NCBI GenBank assembly: GCA_963749495.1
Contig: CAVVMW010000012.1
Span: forward strand, 192,001 to 256,000
Length of the DNA stretch: 64,000 nt
Direction of reading: 5' to 3'
Source: an uncultured bacterium
GTDB lineage: Bacteria > Verrucomicrobiota > Verrucomicrobiia > Limisphaerales > UBA8199
Below the pieces are notes generated by a model, which saw only the letters and a program-made list of their open reading frames with translations, had not been told where the DNA came from and searched no databases. A program made the translations under genes and the position numbers. Of this stretch, positions 12,720 through 21,900 are shown one piece after another (the first letter of the stretch is position 1; every line of letters starts with the position of its first letter).

Positions 12720-13691
12720 GTGAGTCACTTGATCCACGCCCGCAGAGTGTTCGACCTTGAGGTGGCCGCGCTCAAGGCGGTGCGCGAGCAGCTCGATGAG
12801 GCCTTCGACCAGGCCGTCGAGCTGATTGTGAGCGTCCTGAGGCAGCGCGGCAAACTGGTGGTGGTGGGGGTCGGCAAGTCGGGCATTATCGGCCACAAGA
12901 TAGCCGCCACGCTGACCAGCACCGGTTCCACCAGCGTGGTGCTCCATAGCGTGGATGCCTTGCACGGGGACCTGGGGTTGGTCAGCGACGGCGACGTGAT
13001 CCTGGTGTTGAGCTATTCCGGGGAGTCGGGGGAGTTGCTGGACCTGATGCCGCCGCTCAAGCGGTTTCTGGTAAAGATCATCGCCATCACGGGGGCGCCC
13101 AAGTCGTCCCTGGCCCGGCTGAGCGACATCGTGCTCAAGGCGCGGGTGCCGCAGGAGGCCTGCCCGTTCAACCTGGCGCCGACCGCCAGCACCACGGCCA
13201 TGCTGGCCCTGGGCGACGCGCTGGCCATGGCGGTGCTGCAGGCCCGCGGGTTCCGCCGCCAGGACTTCGCCAGGTTCCATCCCTCCGGGGCCATCGGGCG
13301 GGCCCTGCTGGCGCGGGCGCGCGACATCATGCGCACCGGACCTCTCAACGCGGTGGCCCAACAGGACCTGCCAGTCAGGGAGGCCCTCCTGCTCATGACC
13401 CGGGCCAGGTCCGGCAGCCTAAGCGTTGTGGACAAATCCGGCAGGCTGGTGGGCGTGTTCACCGACGGGGACTTCCGCCGGCGGATGGCCGCGGAGGGGG
13501 ACTTCCTGGCCCAGCCGCTCAAGCACGTGATGACCCGTCACCCCGTTTGCACCCATGAAGACGCCCTGGCCGTCGAGGCCCTCAAGATCTTCAACGAGCA
13601 CAACATTGACGACCTCATCGTCGTCAATGCCAGGCAGGAGCCCGTAGGGCTGATCGACTCGCAGGACTTGCCCAAGCTCAAGATCATGTAG
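12720..13691 (+). CDS. kdsD: KpsF/GutQ family arabinose-5-phosphate isomerase (SIS + CBS)
   Basis: GVGKSG, HGDLG, SYSGES, EACPFNLAPTASTT, HPSGAIG and two CBS domains. Confidence 0.92.
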   Translation: MSHLIHARRVFDLEVAALKAVREQLDEAFDQAVELIVSVLRQRGKLVVVGVGKSGIIGHKIAATLTSTGSTSVVLHSVDALHGDLGLVSDGDVILVLSYSGESGELLDLMPPLKRFLVKIIAITGAPKSSLARLSDIVLKARVPQEACPFNLAPTASTTAMLALGDALAMAVLQARGFRRQDFARFHPSGAIGRALLARARDIMRTGPLNAVAQQDLPVREALLLMTRARSGSLSVVDKSGRLVGVFTDGDFRRRMAAEGDFLAQPLKHVMTRHPVCTHEDALAVEALKIFNEHNIDDLIVVNARQEPVGLIDSQDLPKLKIM

Positions 13692-13735
13692 ATCAGGGGC
13701 TCAAACCCGGAGGTAAAGCCCGCGAATGCCGCGCC

Positions 13736-13763
13736 GTCATTCGTCATTCGTCATTCGTCATTC
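13736..13763. repeat. (GTCATTC)x4 heptamer tandem repeat
   Basis: Reverse complement of the GAATGAC arrays at 11952 and 24417. Confidence 0.85.
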
Positions 13764-13770
13764 CCTTCGC

Positions 13771-14007
13771 CTACTGCTTCTCGTATTCGCCCTTGCCGAC
13801 GCGTTTGAGCACGGTGAAGCCGGCCTTTTTGGCGTCGGAAACCGAGAGGGACTTGGGTGAACTGAAGGTGGAAATGACCTTGCGGACCGGCCGTTTGCAG
13901 GCCGGGCATCGGGTCAAGGGAGGCGCCGAGAGTGGCCGGCGCAAGGTGAACTTGCCGCCGCAGACGGGGCAATCGCCGTCGCAAACTTCGTACTCGTAGA
14001 GGGGCAT
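13771..14007 (-). CDS. FmdB family zinc-ribbon protein
   Basis: MPLYEYE...CPVC...CPAC...VRKVIS. Confidence 0.85.
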   Translation of the reverse strand: MPLYEYEVCDGDCPVCGGKFTLRRPLSAPPLTRCPACKRPVRKVISTFSSPKSLSVSDAKKAGFTVLKRVGKGEYEKQ

Positions 14008-14150
14008 GATGCCAAGCTGTCGCTGTGCGGTTGTCGGACCTCGCGCCGCACCCATGCCGGCGAGGGCCTTCAACCTGGCAGGCAGATTACCAGGCCGCCC
14101 GCTGGCAGTCAAAACCTTGTTCTACACCCCATCCTCCACTACCTTACGGC

Positions 14151-15248
14151 GTGACCTGCGATGCCGCACTGGATGACTTGCTGGAAAAGGCCTGGGAGGG
14201 CAGGCGCCTCGACCAGGCCGAGGCGCTCCGGCTCTATGACCTGCCCTTGGAGGAGCTGGGGGCGCTGGCGGACCGGCGGCGCCAGCTTGCCAAGGCCGCC
14301 GCCTACGGCGGACGCGGCAACGAGATCGTCACTTACATCGTCAACCGCAACATCAACTACACCAACGTCTGCAACGTCTATTGCAAGTTCTGCGCCTTTT
14401 ACCGGACCGAGCGGGATGCCGAGGCCTACGTCATCACGTTCGAGGAGTTGGATCGGAAGATCCAGGAGACCGTTGCGCTGGGCGGCACGCAAATCCTGCT
14501 CCAAGGCGGCCATCACCCCAAGCTGACCAAGCAATGGTATCTGGACCTGCTCGGGCATATCAAAACCCGGTTTCCGCAGGTGAACATCCACGGCTTCAGC
14601 CCCAGCGAGTTCATCCATTTCCGCAAGGTATTCAACGAGCCGCTGGAGCGGATCATCGCCGATTTCCACGCCGCCGGCCTTGGCTCGGTGCCCGGCGGCG
14701 GGGGCGAGATCCTCGTGGACCGGGTCCGGCGCCAGGTCTCACCCCTCAAGGCGATGAGCGACGATTGGCTTGAGGTCATGAGCGTCGCCCATCGGCTCGG
14801 GTTGAACTCCTCCGCCACGATGATGTTCGGCCACGTCGAGACGGTGGCGGACCGGGTCGAGCACCTTGAACGCATTCGCGCGCAGCAGGACCTGACCCGC
14901 GGCTTCACCGCCTTCATTGGCTGGACCTTCCAGGCCGAGAACACGCGCCTGCGCGCCCCCACCGTGGGCGCCCACCAATACCTGCGCACCCAGGCCCTGG
15001 CCCGCATTTACCTGGACAATTTCCCCAACGTGCAGAGTTCCTGGGTCACCCAGGGCCAGGCCCTGGGCCAGGTGGCGTTGAAATTCGGCGCCAACGACCT
15101 CGGCAGCATCATGATCGAGGAGAACGTGGTCTCCCAGGCCGGCACCAGCTTCCGCATGACTGTGCCGGACATGCGCCGGCTCATCGCCGACCTGGGCTAC
15201 GAACCCCGCCAGCGCGACAACTGGTACCACCTGGTGGGGCAAGGCTGA
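14151..15248 (+). CDS. mqnC: Cyclic dehypoxanthinyl futalosine synthase (radical SAM)
   Basis: NINYTNVCNVYCKFCAF (CxxxCxxC), LLQGG, PGGGGEIL, ATMMFGH, QSSWVTQG, GANDLGSIMIEENVV. Confidence 0.9.
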   Translation: MTCDAALDDLLEKAWEGRRLDQAEALRLYDLPLEELGALADRRRQLAKAAAYGGRGNEIVTYIVNRNINYTNVCNVYCKFCAFYRTERDAEAYVITFEELDRKIQETVALGGTQILLQGGHHPKLTKQWYLDLLGHIKTRFPQVNIHGFSPSEFIHFRKVFNEPLERIIADFHAAGLGSVPGGGGEILVDRVRRQVSPLKAMSDDWLEVMSVAHRLGLNSSATMMFGHVETVADRVEHLERIRAQQDLTRGFTAFIGWTFQAENTRLRAPTVGAHQYLRTQALARIYLDNFPNVQSSWVTQGQALGQVALKFGANDLGSIMIEENVVSQAGTSFRMTVPDMRRLIADLGYEPRQRDNWYHLVGQG

Positions 15249-15272
15249 AGGCTAAAGGCTGAAGGCTAAAGG
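15241..15272. repeat. (AAGGCTR)x4 heptamer tandem repeat overlapping the mqnC stop
   Basis: aaggctgaaggctaaaggctgaaggctaaagg. Confidence 0.8.
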
Positions 15273-15279
15273 ACGCAGG

Positions 15280-15560
15280 GCGGGCGTCGGGAACCGGATT
15301 GTTGTTGCTATCCACGACAGGAAAATATGGCTGGCGAGAGAGCAGTTGGACATTGACCAGGTGGAAGTGGATGGGGTGGGGGTCCCCCGTCAGGTTCCCA
15401 AAGCGCCAGATTTCGATCGTGCCGGCCTTGACTTGTTCGGTGACCGGGCTGGCCATGCCGGGCATGCTCATATAGGGCCGGCCCCAGCAGGGCACGCCCT
15501 GGTTGTCTTTGGAGAAGACAACGTTGGTGCCGAGGCGGCCCAGTTGCTCGAGCGCGCGCG
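15280..15560 (-). pseudogene. Isolated internal fragment of a multicopper oxidase (CotA/bilirubin-oxidase-like)
   Basis: PVTEQVKAGTIEIWRFGNLTGDPHPIHFHLVNVQLLSRQP contains the HPxHxH copper motif. The rest of the gene is absent. Confidence 0.65.
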
Positions 15561-15747
15561 GGTCGCAGACCTGATGGAGCCCGTGCCCCAACCTCTGCTC
15601 AAAGGACGCAAGGGACATTAGGGACCCCGGCGCGGGTTTTGGCTCCTGCGCAGCCTTGGTTTGCTCCCGTTTTGCTGTTGCTTTGAGCTTTGCTTTTGGG
15701 CGGGGTTGGCGTAGATATTCATCCCCGCGTTTATGCGGGCGTTTTTT

Positions 15748-17338
15748 ATGAAACCCGAAGTCGAGATCTACGACACGACCCTGCGCGATGGGAGCCAGGG
15801 CGAAGGCATCAATTTCTCGGTGATGGACAAACTGCGGATTGCCGAGAGGCTCGATGCATTCGGGATTCAATATGTCGAAGGGGGCTGGCCGGGGTCCAAT
15901 CCCAAGGACATCGAGTTCTTTGCCGAGGCCAAACGAAGGCGGTTCCGGCACGCCCGGCTGGCGGCGTTCGGCTCGACGCGCCGCAAGGGGGTGCCGGTCG
16001 AGAGCGACGCGCAGGTCCGCCTGCTGCTGGAGGCCCAGACTCCGGTGGTCACGATTTACGGCAAGAGTTGGCTGCTCCATGTGAAGGAGGTCCTGCACGC
16101 AACGCCGGACGAGAACCTGGCTATGATCGGCGACACGGTCCGTTTTCTCAAGGACCACGCCCGCATGGTCATCTACGACGCCGAACACTGTTTCGACGGT
16201 TACAAGCAGGACGCGGAGTACACGCTGGCGACGTTGCAGGCGGCGGAAAAGGCGGGGGCGGACCTGGTGGTGTTGTGCGACACCAACGGGGGCACGCTCC
16301 CGTGCGACATTGGGCGGGTGACCGCCACTGCCTGCCGGCGCCTCAACGTGCGCGTGGGCATCCACCCGCACAACGACATTGGCTTGGGCGTGGCCAATGG
16401 CCTGGCGGCCCTCGAGGCGGGGGCGGTGCACGTGCAGGGCACCATCAACGGCTACGGCGAGCGCACCGGCAACTGCAACCTGACCAGCCTCATCCCGGCG
16501 GTCGCGCTCAAGATGAAGAAGCGCTGCGTGCCCCAATCCTCGCTGGCCAAGCTGAGGGAGTCTGTCGCTCTTCGTGGACGAAATCGCCAACATCCGGCAT
16601 GACCCGCGCCAGCCGTGGGTGGGCGAGGCCGCCTTTGCCCACAAGGGCGGCACCCATGTCAACGCCGTCCAGAAACTGGTGCGCAGCTACGAGCACATCG
16701 ACCCGGCCCGCATCGGCAACGCCCGGCGCGTGCTCGTGAGCGACCTGGCCGGGCGCAGCAATATCGTGATGAAGGCCCGCGAACTGGGCTTCAGCATCGA
16801 CAACGACACGCCCGAGCTCAAGGAGATCCTCGCCCGCATCAAGCAACTCGAACACGAGGGGTTCGAGTTCGAGGCGGCCGAGGGGTCTTTGGCCCTGCTC
16901 ATCCGCAAGATCCTCAAGCATGAAAAGCCCCCGTTCACCATCGAAGGCTATCATGTCTCGATCCGGCGCGACCGCATGAGGCTGCAGGGGTCCGACCAGC
17001 ACCCGCCTGTCTTCGTGTGCCAGGCGAGCGTCAAGGTGACGGTGGACGGCGTGGTCGAGCACACGATCGCCGAGGGCGACGGCCCGGTCAACGCCCTCGA
17101 CCAGGCCCTGCGCGCCGCGCTGGTCAAGTTCTTCCCCCAACTCCGCCGGGTGCGCCTGGCCGATTACAAGGTCCGCATCCTTAACACAACCGCCGGCACC
17201 GAAGCCCGCACACGCGTCCTCATCGAGTCCACCGACGGCAAAGACGAGTGGAGCACCGTGGGCGTCCACGACAACATCATCGAGGCCAGCCTCCAGGCAT
17301 TGTCTGATAGTCTGGAGTACCGCCTGCTGCAGAAATGA
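15748..17338 (+). CDS. cimA: Citramalate synthase (frameshift near 16555)
   Basis: YDTTLRDGSQGEG, EGGWPGSNPKD, GTINGYGERTGN. It continues in a second frame with AFAHKGGTHV, VSDLAGRSN and EGDGPVNALD. Confidence 0.9.
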
Positions 17339-17476
17339 CGCTCAACCACCGATGAACACAGCGGAACACCGATTGGCCGACGCTTAGCCCATCGGAATGC
17401 GAAATAGGTTTTGCCTGGCAGCGCGAGGTTTGAGAGACTGAACCCGTCGGAAGAACAGCAAAACAGGCGATGGCCT

Positions 17477-18358
17477 ATGTCTATCAACGTCAGCTTCATC
17501 AACATGAAAGGCGGCGTCGGCAAAACGACGCTGGCGACGCAGGCCGCCCTCAGCGCCCAGGCTGCGGGTCTCAGGGTCCTTGCTGTGGACCTTGATCCGC
17601 AGTCCAATCTCAGCCAGGCGCTGCTGAACCGCGAGCTTTACGTGGAGATGGTCAAACAGAATCGAGGGACGGTTGTCCAGCTATTCGAAGGGTACGCCCC
17701 CGCCACGCCTGACAAGCCCAGTCCGAGCGCCCCGTGCATCGACGAGGTGATCATGAAGTCAAAGAGCGGCCGCCGTCCGGATTTAATCCCCTCGCGGCTG
17801 GAATTGTGCCAGACGCTTCGAAGTCCTGGCGGGAAGGACAGGCGCCTTGCCGAGGCGCTTGCCACGGTGTTGACCCACTATAACATCGTCATGATAGACT
17901 GCGCCCCGGCAGATTCCATGCTGACCGATGCCGCGTATTTCGCCAGTTGATATGTGATCGTTCCTGTCAAGCCGGAGTTCCTGGCCGCCATCGGTGTCCC
18001 CTTGCTCGCACGTTCTCTGAAGGCGTTCAAGGAGAGGTTCGGCGACCACACGATCGAAATAGCGGGGATTGTTTTTGTGCATCTCGAGGGTCACTCTCCC
18101 GGCCCGGAAAGCAAGACGTTGATGGCCGAGGTCACCCGGGTTGCGAAGGACGAGGGGTGGAGGATCTTCTCCCACGAGATCCCCTTTTCGAGGGTTTACG
18201 CGAAGGCCGCACGGGAGGGCCAGCCGTTGGAATGGACCAGTCGAGCGTACCAGTCGCCGAAGGCAATAAAGGCCTTCAACGGCTTCATGAACGAGTTGTT
18301 CGGTGTACTGGGGATTGAGAAGAAATTGCCCGAGGCAGGGATGAGAGAGTACGTTTAG
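17477..18358 (+). CDS. ParA/Soj family ATPase, interrupted by an in-frame TGA at 17948-17950
   Basis: NMKGGVGKTT, VDLDPQSN, IDCAP. The sequence reads FAS*YVIVPVKPEFL in a single frame. Confidence 0.75.
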
Positions 18359-18378
18359 GCGGAAATGGAGTCCACGAT

Positions 18379-18858
18379 ATGCCAAGCGATGTGGTGACAT
18401 TGGAGGTTCGGTCCTTGCTGGCCCGCCACGGTTTACACGCCGTAGTGGAGGCCATCGCCAGAGTACGGAAGGAGGCGCCAGAGGCAGTCGGGACCGAAGT
18501 GCCGCCTCTCAGCAAGGCGGATGCGGAGCGGAAACAGGGGACAAAGAGGACTCCGGAGAGGCTGTTGGCGCAGCTTCAAAACCAGAACCCTGAGCAAGCG
18601 CGGTTGATAAGGGAATTGGTCCAGCTCTATGACGAGGGGCGTTTCTTGCCCAATCTTAGCATCGCCCAGGACTTTGTGGCGCGCCGCACGGGTCAACGCG
18701 CCAAGTTCAAGAGCCGGAAGGCTGCGCTTCCCGCCCTGCTCCGCGTGATTGCAGCCATTCCTCCCGAGGAGTTGCGCGGGGTTCGCGACGAATGGACATT
18801 CAATCGAACCTCGGGCGACTACGAACTGCTGGCCCGAGCGATTATGGGCACCAAGTGA
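18379..18858 (+). CDS. Hypothetical protein, probably co-transcribed with the ParA-like gene
   Basis: 159-aa ORF with a GGAG RBS, 20 bp after the ParA stop. Confidence 0.65.
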   Translation: MPSDVVTLEVRSLLARHGLHAVVEAIARVRKEAPEAVGTEVPPLSKADAERKQGTKRTPERLLAQLQNQNPEQARLIRELVQLYDEGRFLPNLSIAQDFVARRTGQRAKFKSRKAALPALLRVIAAIPPEELRGVRDEWTFNRTSGDYELLARAIMGTK

Positions 18859-18957
18859 TCCCAACGCCAAGCTGAGCGGGGATACGCCCCACATTCCTGC
18901 TGATTACCCCGTCCTAGACAAGGCCCCGCCCATGCTGTCTGCTGAAAGCGGATTTCT

Positions 18958-21900
18958 ATGCCAACCGAGATAAGCAAGGCCTACGAACCGCAGTCGGTCG
19001 AAGAAAAGTGGTATGACTTCTGGCTGAAGCAGAACTGCTTCACAGCCGATCCCGGCTCGCCCAAGCCGGCTTACTCGATCGTGATTCCCCCGCCCAATGT
19101 GACCGGGGTGCTGCACATGGGCCATGTCCTGAACAACACCATCCAGGACATCCTGGCCCGCAAGGCCCGCATGGACGGCCAGGAGGTCCTCTGGCTGCCC
19201 GGCACCGACCACGCCGGCATCGCCACCCAGGCGGTCGTCGAGAAGGCGCTGCGCAAGCAGGGACTGATGCGGCACCGGGACGACCTGGGGCGCGAGAAAT
19301 TCCTCGAGCACGTCTGGGCCTGGAAGGAAAAGCACGGCGGCATCATCATCCAGCAGCTCAAGAAGCTGGGCTGCTCGTGCGACTGGACCCGCGAGCGGTT
19401 CACCATGGACCCGGCTTACTCGCGCTGCGTGCAGAGGGTCTTCGTCGAGCTTTACAGAAAGGGCCTGATCTATCGCGGCAAGCGGATGGTCAACTGGGAC
19501 CCGGCCGCCCGCACCGCCCTCTCGGATGAAGAGGTCGAGATGGTCGAGGAAAAGGGCCATCTCTGGTACTTGAAATACCCGCTCCTGGATGACAAAGGCC
19601 AGCCCAAGGGGGATGAATTCGTGGTCGTGGCCACTACGCGCCCCGAGACCATGCTGGGTGACGAGGCAGTGGCGGTGAACCCGGCCGACCCGCGCTTTAC
19701 GCACCTGGCCGGGCGCCGCTGCCTGCTCCCGCTTCAGAACAAAGCTATCCCGGTGATTGCGGACGATTTCGTGGACCCGAAATTCGGCACCGGGTGCGTG
19801 AAAGTCACCCCCGCCCATGACCCGAACGACTACGCCATGGCCGAGCGGCACGACCTGCCGTTGACGGTTGTGATCGGTCCCGATGGCGCCATGACTCCGG
19901 AGGCGGGCGAGGATTTCAACGGCCTGGACCGGATGGAGGCGCGGCAGGCGGTGATCGAGGAGTTGACCGAGCAAGGGCTCTTGCTCAAGACCGAGGACTA
20001 CGTCCACAACGTGGGCTACAGCCAGCGCAGCCACGTGCCCGTCGAGCCGTACCTAAGCGAGCAGTGGTTTTTGGAATACCCGAGCGTCGAGCAGGCCACA
20101 GCAAGTGTCGAACTCGGGAGCCGGGAGTGCAAGATGGCGGAGGTGGCCACAGTGATCGGGGACGCTGCGGTGCTCGGCGGTGAATCTCCGGTGGCGCATC
20201 TCCCGGAGGAGAAGTTGGGCATCCGGCCTGCACCGAGCACCGCCGCGAACATCACCGACGTGCCTGCGGATGTCAACCCTGCAAGCCGCGGCATCCGGTT
20301 CCATCCCGACCGCTGGGCCAAAACCTACGCGCACTGGATGGAGAACCTGAGGGATTGGTGCATCAGCCGGCAGCTCTGGTGGGGGCACCGCGTGCCGGTC
20401 TGGTACAATCAAGCAGGGTGGCACGCTCTCGAAAAGCCGATCCAGATGGCCCGAGTCACTGGTGATGAACTGCCGGGTCGCACGGCTCGGGAGTTGCGCC
20501 AAGCCGCCTGGCGGCTGGCCGAGCAAAGCGGATTTCTCCGTCAGCGATTCAGGAACCTCGATACCGGATGGGACATCTACGTCAACCGCCGCAGCCTCGA
20601 GCACGCGTTCGCTAACGAGGGGCTCGCCAATATTAAACTCATTCCTGCGCTGCCTCAACTTCTTCAGCAAGCCGCGCTCATTGCCACCGAGCCTCATGTG
20701 CCTCCAATTCCACAGGTTCGCCTCGTCCATAAATTCCTGGCGGGGCTTCAGTTAGGCACGAGACTTTACCGCGTAAAGCTCACGGTCAAGGAACTGCGGG
20801 ATGGGAGGAAACTCTACGACCACCAAGCCTTGCTAATATGCGAGGCCGACGGTAAATCTCCGGGAACGCATCCCCTTGCGAGGAAGTTGGTAACCCGGCC
20901 TACATCGGCCTCACACGTAACTTTGGCGCAAATCGCAGGTGATGTCAATACCGATCAGACCTTTACTCGCTGCCAGATCGAATCCCCTGGAGGGGGTTGG
21001 AGTCAAGACCCCGATGTCCTGGACACCTGGTTCAGCTCCTGGCTCTGGCCCTTTGCCACGATGGGCTGGCCGGAGCAGACCGAGACGCTTCGGAAATTCT
21101 ATCCCACGACCGACCTGGTGACGGCCCCGGACATCATCTTTTTCTGGGTGGCGCGGATGATCATGGCGGGCTGCGAGTTCATGGGGGATTTGCCGTTCCG
21201 CAACGTCTATTTCACCGGCATCATCCGGGACAAGCTCGGGCGCAAGATGAGCAAGAGCCTGGGCAATTCGCCCGACCCGCTCGAACTCATCGCCCAGTAC
21301 GGGGCCGACGCCCTGCGCTTCGGCACGATGCGCAGCGCGCCCCTGGGCCAGGACGTGCTCTTCGATGAGAAGGACGTTGAGCTGGGCCGCAATTTCTGCA
21401 ACAAGCTCTGGAATGCCTGCCGCTTCCGCCAGATGCAGGGCGGCCAGGTCCAGGGCGAAATCGCGCCGGCCCTGCTCTCCGGCGACGACAAATGGATTCT
21501 GCTCAAGCTCGACCAGGCCATCCGCGAGATCACCGATGCCTTCGCCGGATACCGGTTCAACGAGGCCACCCATACGCTCTACCGCTTCTTCTGGAGCGAG
21601 TATTGCGACTGGTACGTCGAGGCCAGCAAGGCCATCCTCGCCCGGCCGGCCGGCGCCGCCGGCCCCCAGCCGGCCGGACCAGGTGCCCCCTCCACGCCCC
21701 GGCGGGCCAACACGCTGGCCGTCCTGGACTTTGTCCTCTCGCACACCCTGCGCCTGCTGCACCCGTTCCTGCCCTTCATCACCGAGGAACTCTGGCACGG
21801 GATGGGCTTTCACGAGGAAATGCCCGACAACCAGGGCGGGCGGACCATCATGAACGCCCCCTGGCCCAAGCCGCTCGATGAGGATTTCCGCGCGCACTAC

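Larger units (their letters stand above)
20407..20967 (+). other. In-frame inserted LPD3-like (large polyvalent protein-associated, predicted BECR RNase fold) domain in ValRS
   Basis: RNLDTGWDIYVNRRSLEHA...IPALPQLLQQAALIATEP...VHKFLAGLQLGTRLYRVKLTVKELRDGRKLYDH lies between WWGHRVPVWY and RCQIESPGGGWSQDPDVLDTW. Codon third positions look more A/T-rich than in the flanks. Confidence 0.7.

Noticed and set aside
15724..15750. Hairpin plus T6 immediately before the cimA start as an attenuator
   Set aside because: The stem is short, and no leader peptide or alternative structure could be supported.
17948..17950. Selenocysteine or other recoding of the in-frame TGA in ParA
   Set aside because: The position is not a Cys site, no SECIS-like hairpin was recognised, and TGA is a normal stop in many genes here. 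A CGA-to-TGA change or error is simpler.
20407..20967. Intein or self-splicing intron explanation for the valS insertion
   Set aside because: No intein terminal motifs, no LAGLIDADG/HNH motif and no group I/II intron features recognised; the frame is continuous.
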